A stretch of 62,567 nucleotides of DNA, counting the filler, from Hausera hauseri (lineage: Eukaryota): the NCBI GenBank assembly GCA_046269625.1. It is 11 parts of 11 records of this genome, joined end to end, with 100 filler letters (N's around TTAATTAATTAA, not from the genome) between each part and the next. Parts side by side here need not be neighbours in the genome. Positions count along the whole stretch, not along the records: positions 1 to 4,580 come from JBJURY010519569.1; positions 4,681 to 11,788 come from JBJURY010037556.1; positions 11,889 to 15,866 come from JBJURY010843857.1; 8 more parts are not named here. One strand, 5' to 3'. Positions within the stretch are counted from its first letter, which is position 1. Every line of letters starts with the position of its first letter. Shown in pieces: positions 1-13,043 of the stretch. Below the pieces are notes generated by a model that made no database searches, was not told the origin of the DNA, and saw only the letters and a list, made by a program, of their open reading frames with translations. Both the position numbers and the translations under genes were made by a program.

Positions 1-409
1 TCTAACCGAAAATAACTTTTATAACAAATGGAGTTTATGTAAGTTTTCAACATTGTTTCTTATAAAAATATTGCGCATTCAGAAAATGACAACAAAAAAT
101 GAAACTAACAGCAATTTTTTTCTCCATTTTATTGTTAATTCTGTTGAATATTTGTTTTATTGACCATGACAGTTTCTGTTATAACATCGTTAAATTGTTG
201 TCGACCATTGATTATTTCATTTAAACATTGTCGTCATGGTCACCATCATGGTGATCACAGAGACAACCATCATGAACACATTGTGCAGGTACTGGATTTT
301 CAATTCGACAATTTTTCAATCATGTGTCGAAATGACGACTGGGCTAATATAGCGAAATATATTTCAATTTCATTTTTATTGCATTTTCTCTGTGAAAAAC
401 TTTGATATT

Positions 410-647
410 CACGGAATGCAACTACCAATGATCAATGAATAGACTATGAGTGTGTGTGAGACATTTAAAATGTAGTTGTCATGTGAAATTATATCGTTGT
501 CATAAATGAAGTCAAATTGACATTTCACATACTACAAATTTTTCATTTGTTGACTTCAATTATAAAAACTATAAATCATTTCACATGACAACTATATTTT
601 AAATGTCACACAGTCTATTCATTGGTAATTGGTAGTTTCATTCCATA
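410..647. repeat. Foldback/MITE-like element with ~105-bp imperfect inverted arms
   Basis: 411-516 (ggaatgcaactaccaatgatcaatgaatagact...gacatttaaaatgtagttgtcatgtgaaat) is the reverse complement of 550-646 (atttcacatgacaactatattttaaatgtc...agtctattcattggtaattggtagtttcattcc). Confidence 0.75.
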
Positions 648-1150
648 CAGTAATTTTTCATACGTTTGTTCATAATCACAGTTCACAAAGACGCAGCCGA
701 TGCATCTTGCTAAGACCTGTTACATTTTCCATGTTCATCTGAAATCTCCTTGAACACCGAGTAGTAACTGTAGTTATCATATTACAACCAATTTCACTTT
801 AGCAGGGCATATTTTCATTAATAAAGATCCACAACATGGAACTATTTATAAGGTCATATGCAAAGGTTTGATAAAAATCAAAGTAACAATTCACAAATGA
901 CATCAATCAAATATTTCAGCACCGAAAAATAGATCTTATTAAATGAGATTGACTGTATGTCCAGAATGAACATCATTTCCTTCAAATGTTCATATAGAAG
1001 TTGATTCATATAGTCCTATGGAGTATAATACGAAATTGCAAATACTAAATAAAGATAATAACAATATGGATATGCATATATTTATTTATTTAAAATCATC
1101 AATAATCATTATGTTCATAGTACAACGTGTGTATAATAATCTATTATTAT

Positions 1151-1903
1151 TCAGAATCCCCAATTATACGAGTATATGGTAGGAGTTTCGTACGAACCCC
1201 AAATTTCCAATGACTGGGCAAAAGAAATGTTTGTGAATTTTCCAAATGGATAAACATAAGTGATAATAGGATCGCCTTTGTTCTTTGGAACGTAGCCACA
1301 TGCATCATTTGCCAGAAAAACCCCTGTATAACCCTTGTCTGCGTCACAACCCCCATTTTCAGATAATATGTAAAAATATCTTAGTAGATTCCATTGGTAA
1401 GACACTGCAGTGAATAAAAGATAATTAAGTTGCTTCATTTGTTGTAATGGCCATGGATATGCTGAATTCAACTTACCTACACTGAACCAACTAAAGACGT
1501 CATCCGAACTGCCCACCGCAAATCCCAAATTAACAACAATGTTACCCATACCATCCTTCATTATTACATTCACCATTGATGGTTTTGTGTTGTTCCATCT
1601 ATCCCACAAACTGCATCTATAACAATTCCCTACCATTGGATTTTGAAATCGTCCATTGATATTTATAACATTAATGGGCAAACATCCACTACCTGCCACA
1701 ACTCGATAAAGTAACACATTCGTTATCTTCTGGTACAATTTGTTCGATACCTTTTGAGGAATTGATTCACTTCCAATTGAACAATCATCATCGTTGGCCG
1801 TAGTAAAATATAATGAGTTGGCTGACCCAGCACGTATGGCACAATGGATCGGATTTGCATGAATGAAACTGCAGCAGAACACGAGCATAACAACGGTAAA
1901 CAT
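1151..1903 (-). CDS. Intronless 250-aa secreted Cys-containing protein of an uncharacterised invertebrate family
   Basis: Open ORF with a signal-peptide-like N-terminus (MFTVVMLVFCCSFIHA). Motifs GS..FSWFS..KL, RYFYI..NGGCDADKGY..F...ACGY resemble a domain recalled from lophotrochozoan secreted proteins; recognised by eye. Confidence 0.65.
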   Translation of the reverse strand: MFTVVMLVFCCSFIHANPIHCAIRAGSANSLYFTTANDDDCSIGSESIPQKVSNKLYQKITNVLLYRVVAGSGCLPINVININGRFQNPMVGNCYRCSLWDRWNNTKPSMVNVIMKDGMGNIVVNLGFAVGSSDDVFSWFSVGKLNSAYPWPLQQMKQLNYLLFTAVSYQWNLLRYFYILSENGGCDADKGYTGVFLANDACGYVPKNKGDPIITYVYPFGKFTNISFAQSLEIWGSYETPTIYSYNWGF

Positions 1904-2317
1904 TTTTTCTCCACCCGGATTTTCTTACCTGCATTGAACTTTCTTTAACTTTTTATATTTGATATAATGATGAAGATTTTGTCTCCATCCAATGAAAATA
2001 AATTATTGAATATTTATAAACCAATAACGTCTTGCCATATGTCACAATGAAGTGCGTGTATGTGCGCATGTGTGTGTAAATAATACTCCCATCAGAATCT
2101 GCATTAATTCCGGAATTCTATTTCATAATTTATTGGGTAGTAAATTCCGGAATTTCTGTGTCTATTGGTAATTTATGAAGGATGTGGCCAATATTTTGAT
2201 AGTTGAAAAATATGCTGTTTTGTTTAAATTTTCTTTCATTCTAATTGCCTCGGAATAAGCCGACGTCAACCTTTCCAAATATGTGGCGGTAAGATGTTTG
2301 GTAACAACAAACTAACA

Positions 2318-3337
2318 TAGGAAAGTATCCAATTAACCCACAAACAAAAGGAGGTAAAAGTTAATGAGCTCTTTCCCACAAGATGGCTATTCATTGTTGG
2401 CGTTTCAACTTGAAATGCACGAAGTAAGATTAGTCCGTTAGATAAGTTTGACAGCATGAATAGTTTGAATAGTTAAATTATACTACTTACTATTTGTAAT
2501 TAGTATTCAGTTGCGCCATGTTGCCAAAGTTCTGTTATTACTGGTGTAGAAACGAGTCGATTAAAATTTCCAAGAATTGTGGTACCGGCCATGCTGATAT
2601 GCAACTGTTTACTGGTCTATCGAAAATTTTCGTTCTTCTTCTTTCAATATTCGATTTATAATGTGTTATTATAATACGCCTTGGTGTGCACTATCCATTA
2701 GCGACAGATATGTGAAAAGTGAAAAGGAGTCATTGGAATGGTGCCCAAGGGCACATCCGCCGTGAGCATTTCCCGATCGGGTGCACTATCGATTAGTGTA
2801 TTCGCATTATCGATTTTATCGATTTTTTATTTAATACCGAAAAGGACTTTGGGCATTCGGCACCAGTTGACATTATTCGAAAACCATCCGTTATTATTGA
2901 TTTGCACGCACTTGCACATGTGCAGGTGCACTGCACAGTGCACAAATTGATGCACCTTAAAGTGCACTAACGATTAGCATCTAAAATGTATTGGTTGAAT
3001 TCATAATGGCAGAACATCACAAAAACACAATAAATCAATTACTGAAAGAAAAATATCCCAAATAAATGAAAAGTTCAAAATTCCTAAACATAATGGGGGA
3101 GATTTGAACAAGTGCAAAATGTTGCACTTATAAAAAATCAGTAGTTAAATTACAATTAAAATAATAATCCTCGAATCGTGCTCAGTTAGGTAATTGTCCA
3201 TCCAGTCGGCTGACAATGTAAAATTGTGATGCTACAACAACAATTACAAAATGGCAGTAATTTGATAATGATCTTGTGGAAATGAACTAATTAATTTTTA
3301 TCTCCTTTTGTTTGTGGGTTAACTGGATACTTTCTTG
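2318..3337. repeat. Inverted pair of ~70-100-bp segments ~0.9 kb apart, flanking a GTGCACTA.CGATTAG repeat cluster
   Basis: 2321-2384 gaaagtatccaattaacccacaaacaaaaggag... is the reverse complement of 3269-3333. The motif gtgcacta.c.attag recurs near 2685, 2781 and 2961. Confidence 0.6.
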
Positions 3338-4499
3338 TGATAATTTATTGTGACAGTAATTACGATATCGAATAGTCATCAATGGTATGCTAGGTCAAGG
3401 GTAAAGTTCTCATATTATAGGTTTTTACGTTAAGGAGGTACTGAGCAAAGGAAATTCATGAACTGATTGCCAAAATGACTGCTGTGGATAGTCAAGCATT
3501 TTCATCCTTTTAAGGGTTTAAGACGACCTGGAAATTTTATATAGCTTCAACATTACACATCGTCCTTAAAATAAAAAACTTTCTCTAACAAAATGTTATC
3601 CATATTAAACCACGAGCTCACATTCATCAGTTTTTCACAGAACCCATATACCTTTGAATTCAATCTACAATTATTTTTACCCTCAATTAATTCCCCTCTC
3701 ATCATTAATTTATTTAAACTTAAAAACAGCTTACTTCGTTGAACATATACCATCATTTGGGAGGAGTGACTATCTTTAATCTTATTTTCCAACCCAGTCC
3801 TTTCAACCTCATCAAGCATACAAAGAATTCCCCCATAACGCAACCCAAATCAACATTCTTGGGGCCAAAACAAGATTAATAACTAACAATATTTTTAAAA
3901 TCATCTCTAACCGAAATTATAAGCACGTTATTTGATCCTTTTTCGGTGTCAATTCTTTTACAGAAATGATGACAATAATGCCAACATTCTGCGCAAAATT
4001 CATCAACCCAAAATTTTGATTTTCTTAAAATATTCGATAAATATCGACAAATAGACAGAGATTTTTGCAATGACTGACTAGTAATGTTACTTTTAATATT
4101 GTCCAGGTGACTGAAATTTAGCCAGGGTAAATTTTCTTGTTCAGTGGAATTTTTACAACCACTTGTAAAATACGATTGAGTTGTAATTGATTCTACAAAG
4201 TACGTATTACAACAGAAACAGATTTTATTACATCCTTCATTTTGATGGTATATTTCAGCCTATAGTAGCATAAAACGAGAAAATTTCGATGAGAATTCAC
4301 CTGGAGTAAGGCGGAAATGATCATTTGAATTCCTGTAGTCGCCCAAAATATTGCATGATTCTGGTGGAATGAACAATGACCTTTTAGACACGAGAGAATA
4401 ATCTACTTCCTTGTCGGTGAGCCGGTTATTAATTATCAAACCAGTGAAGATAGGTTGTCGTGCAATAAAACGATTACAAAGTAAAACAGTAACTTAGAT

Positions 4500-4580
4500 C
4501 AGTTGTTCTCAACCTTTTTTGGCCGCGACCCCTTTTGACTGCCAATTATTTCCCGGTGACCCCATCTATTTTTTATATAA
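4500..4580 (+). mobile_element. hAT (Charlie/Buster-type) terminal inverted repeat, cut by contig end
   Basis: cagttgttctcaacctttttt...cgacccc matches the typical CAG.GGTTCTCAACCT hAT-Charlie end. Confidence 0.6.
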
Positions 4581-4680
4581 NNNNNNNNNNNNNNNNNNNN
4601 NNNNNNNNNNNNNNNNNNNNNNNNTTAATTAATTAANNNNNNNNNNNNNNNNNNNNNNNNNNNNNNNNNNNNNNNNNNNN
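4581..4680. other. Artificial contig spacer N44-TTAATTAATTAA-N44, repeated at 11789, 15867, 21122, 25513, 32152, 37672, 43897, 50488 and 58421
   Basis: An identical 100-nt block occurs ten times; the 12-mer puts stop codons in all six frames. Confidence 0.98.
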
Positions 4681-5574
4681 GTTCTTTCTGCCAGGCCGTT
4701 TGCCTGATGTTGATAAGGCGCCGTAAATTCCTGTTTAATTCCCAGCTGTTCGCACATCTGTCGCATTTTTGCACTTTCAAAAACTTTCTACAATTGGGGG
4801 TAGACCCCACATTTTCCAACTTTGTATAATTTTTGCACAAGGTAAGGCAATTTAAAATGTTACCATTGTTGAGGAGTTTATGACTTCTAGAACAGTGCAA
4901 ATTCAAACAATTGCAGAATGAGCCAGGAAAATATTGACCTCAAATATTCTTGTGACTCTAATACACACTATGCAGCTAATGTACACAATTTTGGGAAGGC
5001 TTCTCAATTATCCAATTAAAGATTTAGCCTACTGATGTAGTAAAATAATTAACCAAGCCAAAATTAAATTCAGGTTGAAATGTATCAATGGCAACTATTT
5101 CTAAGAGTTGAAATTTCTATAAAAAATTCTTCTACTGTCGGAGATATAATCACAAAGAGATCTAACATCTGCAATAATGCTAGGGAAATCTTCGATAGAA
5201 GAGAATCCCGAGAATCTGTGTTTCGCGATAACGTTACAATTGTAAGCTAGTTACGAAAAAGAATGGATCAGCGATTCTGGAATCAATCATGCGTTACAAT
5301 GCAGCTATATAACGAATGTAAAGAATAAACAGGAAATCATTGCATATAATATTTAGCATGAAATGTGATGTATACATACGGGATAAGATGGTGATAAACT
5401 TTACCTACAATAGGCAAAGGTGATGATCAGTGGTCCTTTTTAACTTAACTCTTATGGACTTTAATGATGATCCTTTCATGAGACTTGTAAGGTGCACAAG
5501 ATATTTGCGTGTTATGCTTCTCCTTGGCGCTATGATACTATACAAGTAAAATAAAGGAGGAATACCGCACAGTA

Positions 5575-6910
5575 CATGGTGCCCATTATTTTTTTTTCGA
5601 TAAAAAGTATCGCTTGCGGAAAATCGTCTTGTCTAATGAAAGTTTCTAAATTTGCACATGCAAATAAATTAACTAAAGTTTTGTTGGCAAAGAAAAACGC
5701 ATTGAAAAAGCTTTAAAATGGAAAATTCAGTGAAATTTTGTAAGAGACACTGCATTTGGCTACTAAACAATTTAACACTTTTACATTTTATTCAGTGAAA
5801 TTATTCACAACTTCCCCACAACAAACGATTTCATAAGGCGCGTTTCGCAAATAACTGTGCGTGTGTGTGTGTGTATGTGTGTGTGCTTAACTATCAGCTA
5901 ACATTTTCTGGTCTGTCGTGTCGCTACCGACACATCAAGGCATTTTTTAAAGTCATTATTCACATGAAGCATGCGAAGGATGAGTAATGACAATATGATT
6001 TGTTGTCACAGGAATTATCAAGTTCATGTTGACAAATGGTGTGCTTATGCTTGTGTTATTGGACAAAGTTACAACTAAGAAATGCCGTGAGACAAAGTAA
6101 CTAGAAACATGGCTATAGAACAATGGTTAAAAGTGGGTAAATCTGCAGCTAGAACAAGAGTAATGAACAAGGAGTAATAACTTCCAAATCAAACTTGCAC
6201 AAGGTGCTCAAGAAAACAGCGAAAAAACGCAACTTTAAAATAGCAAGACTTTCAAGATCGTTTTCGCCGATGCAACGAATTCATAGGTGTTGGTTATGCA
6301 ACTGAGCCATTACCAACAATTATTTTTACAGACGAAGCCGTTTTCAGTTTCGATTGGTTTGTCAGCAGTGAGAACGTTTATTGGGAGGTTGATAACCGAG
6401 ATGAAATTGATGAAGTCCAACGAGTTACACAGAAGAAGGTTCATTTCCAATCAGTTCACGTATGGATTGCAATAAACTTTGAGTTTGGATTGAGCAATCC
6501 GTTAACGATTTCCGCCATTCTTGCGACAAACAGCTTAATTCGTTGTTACTTCGTTATCAGCAGGATGGCGCTCGTTGCCACACAATCCATGTCACATTGC
6601 AATTTCCCAATGTTCACTTTTTGAAAGTCATTAGCAATAGACGCACAGCAGAAGAGACACCATTGTGGCCAGCACGATCTCGAGATGACTACTACTAAGT
6701 CCAAATGACTACGAGATCATTTAATTCAGTTAGTTTATCCTGTCCACAATCCTGCACCTCTATCCATTAATGATTTAAAAGCAAGAGTATGTAGTGCAGT
6801 CGCTTCCATTCCGTTGGATGAAACTCAAGCGGCACTTAATGGGTGGCACGAAAGATTTATTTCGTGCGTTAATGCTGGTGGATGTCATTTGCCTTATGAC
6901 ATTATAAAAT
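5575..6910 (+). mobile_element. Degenerate Tc1/mariner (DDxD-type) transposon, apparently inside an RSF1 intron
   Basis: TIR-like tacatggtgccc at 5575. Frameshifted translation gives IFTDEAVF, VHVWIAI, QQDGARCH, WPARS and CVNAGGCH. Confidence 0.65.
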
Positions 6911-6969
6911 TGGTTGTTGTGAAGTTGTGTAATAAATAAATTATTCTTGTGAAATAAAATATTTAATAC

Positions 6970-7521
6970 CTTAAAAGATTCCTCCTCTAAATTTTCTTTG
7001 TACATGAGAATATTAATATCTCTATCGACGAAAAGCCAATAAATACAGCCATATACATCACTACCAAAAGGTTGTATTCGTAAATCATTATTATTCCTCT
7101 GGTTTAGTTTTTCTTTAAATTTTTGATTTCCGCCGAACTGAGAATCAAACAAAAAACCTAAAATCTGGCTTCGTTGATAAGAAGATAAGTCGATGTAACT
7201 GCTAGTCACTAATTCTGAATCATATCCAACTACTGTTTTGAGAAATTTCTTAAGAGTACTTTCCCATTTTGCAAAAGATGAATGAAATTTTATTCTATTC
7301 AGAAGTCCACGGTGAATATCTATCCATGGTTTAGGAATGTTTTCTTAATAAGTTAAGTAATAAACTATAAAAATTATTTAAGAAAATATACCACAATTTC
7401 TAATTTCTAAAAAATTTGCCAACTGGTCATGAGTTAAATTAATATTCACTTCGTCTCCAAATTGATGTATATAAGAGCATAAATATGCAAATTCGGGATA
7501 TTCTTTAACATCAGTCGTCAT
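6970..7521 (-). CDS. RSF1: Remodeling and spacing factor 1 (RSF1)-like, first two exons (7392-7521, 6970-7343); DDT/WHIM region
   Basis: ATG at 7521 and a 48-nt GT-AG intron at 7344-7391. Translation PEFAYLCSYIHQFG...IHRGLL...KWE...LFDSQFGGNQKFK...LRIQPFGSDVYGCIYW matches the RSF1 N-terminus. GT donor at 6969; downstream exons not seen. Confidence 0.8.
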
Positions 7522-9323
7522 TAATTAATTGTTTTATTTTAAAATTTTTATTAAATAGTTATAAAGATCATTAAAACCGGTAATGGAGAAAAAACAATAA
7601 AAAATAATTTCTGAATTCAAGTGGTCAAACAAACATTTCAACTGTGAAATATTATTAAAACAAAATCATACTTTATCTGAAAATGTGACAATTTATCAGA
7701 TGCCGAAAGTATACAGATATAAACCTTCTATGTAAAAAATAAATTAGATATGTCGGCATCTAATTCGTTTTTGAATAAGTAATAGTATGACTGTTTGGAA
7801 TCTTCATTATATTGTACCGTTTGATCAACAGTCAGTCTCACTAAGCTCGGCTCCATCGTCCTTTATATGATCTGTTAGAAATACGTGTATGTAAAAGGAA
7901 CTTTTTATTTGGTTACGTAATTTTCCAAACTCTTTTGAGATACTTTTTGCCAATAGAAAATATCCAATCTGCTTTTCTTTATCTTCCAGTCTTGAAAATA
8001 CACTTTCTGTAAATTCCCCGTGGGACATTAAATTCTGGAGTTAATGTGAAAAATATAAAGAATTACTCTAATTGCGCTTGTAAAAGTTTCGAATCTGTAA
8101 TCGTATTTAATTTAACAACATGATATGATGTGTCATTATGTATATACTGCTAAAATGTAACCTCAAGTAATCGTTTCCCAAATTCGTTAAACTATCGAGT
8201 TTTTGGATATAAATACAACCTCAAAATAACTGTCCAAAGTTAAAGAAAATTCGTATTCCCGATTAATGATCTCTTCTATTTTAATCATGTAAAGCAAAAT
8301 TAGCAACGTGTTGAAGAAATATTCACTTTGAAATTTGACTTTACTGATTATGTTTAAAATGCCTCATCTATTTACCATCGGGCAGTAGTAAATTATCGGT
8401 ATTATTGGTCAATTTACTATCGTAAATGAGTGCCATCAACAAAATCTATAATTCTTAAATAAAAATAGACATTATGTCTCCACAGATCGACAAATCCAAT
8501 TTCTACAAACAAATTATATTAGAAGTCGTCACTATCAATGAAACAATTATGCGATTACTAATCGTACACCAAATAAATCTATGGAAAATTTATTGATTTA
8601 GAAACAAAGTCCACTATCGCATCTACCGCGTTCTTGCATGTTATTTGTTAGATAATATCTATTCTGCATTGGAATTGCCGTGCGTATTCATATTTTGGTT
8701 ACCAGCATTTGCATTCGTCACAATGCCAATTACAATTTCAGTAATGTTTATTTCAATGATCTCGTATGTCATGAGTAATTGCTTATCTTGTACTAATCAA
8801 TTACACGGTTTGTTTGGGTTTGGTGAGGGATTCCTTTAAGCGGATCACTATGTTACGATCGAAGTTATTAGTAAACGATGTTTAGTTTACATTCGGTTTG
8901 GTGATTATTGATAGCAGTTACTAACTATTATTCGATTTTGTTATTCTTGATGAATTTATTCCGTTTTCGATTTTGTTACTGATCAGTAAAATTGGTTATT
9001 TAAGAATATATGATCATTCAGAATAGTTTAAAAAATTGAGCATACATTTTTAATATTGTAGATAGACACATTTTGTTTTCAATTTTCATGCGAAGTACCT
9101 TTTACAAATAATGACTCAACAAATTAATGTTTGATATGATAATTTTTCTCTTCAATAAGGGCATTTTATTTACTAACAAGGAAACGAATTTTACTGTAAA
9201 TATGGGTATTTTTATAACAAATAGTCAGAGAGACATGCAAAATATAATGTTGGTTAATAATATGAAAAAAAGTTTTACCAATAAAGCTAAAATAACGCAG
9301 TTGGAGTCTATAAATGTATCATT

Positions 9324-9622
9324 TTGCACTTGTTCAAATTTTCCCCAAACTTTTCAATTTTTAAGAAATTTTCATTACTTTTCTTGAACAAATATTCCTT
9401 TAATATTCGATTTATAACGTTTCCTTTATGTTCTGACGAAATAAATATAGTCTGTGGTCAGTCTTGTGATAGTCAAAATTTATACACGAGGGAATATGCT
9501 ATTGTGAATTGAATCAATACATTTTTGATTGACAGAACATCAAGAAAACAAATCGAATATTAAAAAACATTAGCACGAAAAAATGAACGAAAACAATGGG
9601 GGGAGCACGAACAAGTGCGAAA
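9324..9622. repeat. Short inverted repeat of a dispersed DNA-transposon end motif (GGGGA...GAACAAGTGC), also present near 3094
   Basis: ttgcacttgttcaaattttcccca (9324) against tggggggagcacgaacaagtgcgaa (9597) and tgggggagatttgaacaagtgcaaa (3094). Confidence 0.5.
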
Positions 9623-10255
9623 TTCTGTTACATTTAAAGGTTAAAAATGCGTTCGTTGGTCTTCCTCGGCAAAAAATTTTTTCATATTATTAATCAGCAT
9701 TATATTTTTCATATCTCTCTGATTATTTGTTTTAAAAACCCAAGATTTACACTAAAGTTCGTTTCCTTCTTAGCAAGTTATCTTGAACTACAACTTTTCC
9801 AAAGGATTTTACAACATGTCTTTCAAAATGTTCTCAAACGTTTTAATCCATAACGATTTCTTTTTTATGTACTATTAATCAGTTTGTATCGTACGACATG
9901 ATTTGCGTGCCTCTCCAAGACACTAGTCCATCAAATTTTGTTCGTCATTTGGAAAGTATCTTCGCTCGAGAATTTTAGCTATCCTGTAGGCAGATTTAAT
10001 GTTCTTTATCAACGTTGATGTTACGAGTGATTTCTACTGTATGATAATCTTTAACAACTGAACTATGTTATTATTCAAGCAGTTCATGAATAACGCTTAA
10101 GGAATTAAGTTTTATTACTGAATATTACACTTTAATATAACAATGTAACAAATAGTATAAGGATCAATTAACGGACATGTAAAAAATCATTACGTACCTT
10201 TACTAATGTGGAGATGGAAAATAATTAAAGTCTCTATCCTGATCTATTTTCATAG

Positions 10256-11338
10256 GGCTAATTCTGGTAACAAGACGAGCGGGTCTATTGCCATTGACGA
10301 TTGTCAATTTCATCAGTGTGTAAAATTGAGTAGATTTGATACAGAACATACGATATCATTCATTCCACCTGATGGGGAGTTTGAACTCATGCGGTATCGA
10401 ACTACCAAAGTACAATCTTTTTCTGGGGCATTTATCATTTAACAAAATCCATTCCAGGAAATTAATTTACCATTCCGTGTCATACCTCTCGTACGCGAGA
10501 TGGGCAAATCTCGAATGGAAGTTAAGTTGGTCGTCAAAGTGAACTTCAAACCGAATTTTTTTTGCCCAAAAAGTGGAAGTTCGTATACCGACACCGACGA
10601 ATACGAGCGGTGTTCAAGTTATTTGTATGAAAGGCAAGGCAAAGTATAAATCATCCGAGAACGCCATTGTATGGAAGTATGATGTTATGTCATAAGACGA
10701 CTGAAATGACGATGATTTGTTGTACAGAATAAAACGAATGGCCGGCATGAAAGATTGTCAATTGTCAGCTGAAATTGAATTGTTGAATGTCGGTGATCGA
10801 CAGAAACGATGGACTCGTCCACCAATTTCCATGAATTTTGAAGTGAGTCTTAAATGGAATATTTTCCCCATCTCCCCTCTTTCCTTTACGTTGTAACAAT
10901 CTGCGTCGTTCCCACAAATACCGTGGGACAATCCGTTATGAGTTTCGTAATTGGTCGTGTGTGTGTGTGAACATTTGCATTGTGTTACACAATAGTACAG
11001 AAATATTTGTTAAATATGTTGGCTCATGATTTGTTAACTTTTTCTGAAACTATATAGCGGCATACCGTTTACAGATTTACTTGATGTCTTGTCCGTTGTG
11101 ACATTCATTTTCGTAACATTCGTTTTCTCCTTATTAATATTCGACAAGGGGGAGGGCAAGAGGATGTGAGTCATTCATAATTTGTCCAATTCCTACATTT
11201 CAGGTCCCATTAGCCCCATCTGGATTCAAGGTGCGTTATTTGAAAGTGTTCAAACCGAAACTGAATTATTCCGACCACGAAGTCATCAAATGGGTCAGAT
11301 ACATTGGAAAGAGTGGACTTTATGAAACCCGTTGCTGA
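10256..11338 (+). CDS. AP2M1: AP-2 complex subunit mu, last four exons (10256-10409, 10458-10676, 10728-10842, 11204-11338), with one +1 frameshift
   Basis: [54 protein letters not shown] and [18 protein letters not shown]-stop are AP-2 mu motifs. GT-AG introns. An extra T lies in the run at 10556-10563. Confidence 0.9.
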
Positions 11339-12619
11339 ACGACAACGTGCAACACTCTCTGACCTAACCGAATCTATCCGATATTTGCATTGATTTCTGT
11401 GCTATATAGAATCTATTGCGATTTGAATGTTATGATTTTGAGTTATTAGCGAATTCTTTCTTTGTTTTTTTCTTGTAAGTAGGAATTATCTTTGTATCGA
11501 TTTTGTTATCAGAATTTTTAGTAGAGGTGCTGTTACCTTTCGACTGGGACGCCGACTCGACAGATGTTGTACTGATATTATTAATAGTACTAATAAATAT
11601 TCGCTGTTTGGTTCGTGTTTTTTATGCTTACTTCACTGAATATTTCTATTAAAGTAAAATGTGTACTTACTGATATTCCTCATTGGATTTGTAAATATAT
11701 CTGTGATTTTGACCGATTGATAATTTGTTAATAAATGTTTGCTGACAGCGTTGCTATTGTTCATTTTCACTCGTTATCATAAACTATCNNNNNNNNNNNN
11801 NNNNNNNNNNNNNNNNNNNNNNNNNNNNNNNNTTAATTAATTAANNNNNNNNNNNNNNNNNNNNNNNNNNNNNNNNNNNNNNNNNNNNGCCGCGAAGCCG
11901 AAAAATCTAACCCGGTGGCACAGGAGGCGGAAGACAAAAAACGGCCAATGTACAACTGGCAACGCAACACACGTAGTTGGTATGCGGAAATTTTGTAAAG
12001 AGGTAAAATTGATGTTGACAAGTCGAATGGACACGGTTTCTTCGTCGTCAGACCTAGGGAACATGGGGAAAACCTGTTGGAAAATTTTTCGTCGGATAAA
12101 ATTTCCCCCTGTTCAAGTCTGCCGGTGAAGGAAATGGGCACCGTACATTGCCCATAAGTTGTGAAAAATTACATATTATAACCGCCTCGCGATCAGACCA
12201 ATGAATCCGGGTGAAAAACGAATTTTGTAAAACGTCAAAATCGTCATTTTCGTTTTGTGTTTTGTAAATGCGTTTGTAAAAATCTCGCATAAATTTTATT
12301 TTGTACAACGACGACTATTAAAACCGAACGGTTAATAATAAATTATAATCGCACTATGAGCATGAGCTCATAATTGAGTACTAGTCATAAGGGGAATGAT
12401 TATTATCAAAACTGCAGTGCTAGTAATAGTAGTAGCAAAGGAGACACCTGTGACCGTGTACCAAATGTAACAAAGGTAATGAAACGATATAAAAATACAT
12501 GGTAACAACAACAACAATGACAACAGCAATATAGCAAGTAGTATATTTCAAAATCACAAAAACTCTCTGTCCATCCACAGAAAACAGTCTGTCTGTCGAT
12601 TCAAAAAAGCGGAATAGGT

Positions 12620-12982
12620 TCACAATAATGTCTGTAATGTAAGCCAAGACAGGCATTAATGTCAACACAATACGGTAAGTGGATGTTGATAATGAAGTCG
12701 ATTATATGATTGTCTTTCAATTTGGGAAACTAAAGATGACGGATAATAAAACCCAAGCGGATTGAATACCTAGACGACGGTCGGATATTCGTACACCGCA
12801 ATCCAATGTTTGCCCGGTAACAATGACCTGTGTGTATTGACGATGAAATCTCCACCACCATTTTGTCGTAAGTCACGCGGCACACGGTCCAGTGGAAGCA
12901 CACCACGGAATTTTACACCAAAGAGAAGTTTTCCATACTGACTGAGTTCAGTTGAGCTAAACGTAAAACGTGATTTAATCAC
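12620..12982 (-). pseudogene. Adenain-like cysteine protease of Polinton
   Basis: FRGVLPLDRVP...FIVNTH...PGKHWIAV, then past a stop VFNPLG...YQHPLTVLC*H*CL; this is the His...Asp/Asn...Gln-Cys order of adenain. Confidence 0.85.
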
Positions 12983-13043
12983 AATGGTAATATTGGTAAT
13001 AAATTACTTAATGGTGTTACGACAGTAAGACAGCGGATTTTAT

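Noticed and set aside
2266-2457. DIRS-type RT remnant (KSSL...LDT..LLLP)
   Set aside because: Too short and degenerate; no YxDD or other domains nearby.
4625-4636. Recurring palindrome TTAATTAATTAA as a biological repeat, CRISPR-like unit or piggyBac site
   Set aside because: Always centred in exactly 44+44 N; it is a six-frame-stop assembly linker.
11889-12150. CRESS-Rep/SF3 helicase Walker A (YNWQ...DLGNMGKT) or RING-like motif
   Set aside because: The motifs lie in different frames with no supporting Walker B or full Cys pattern.
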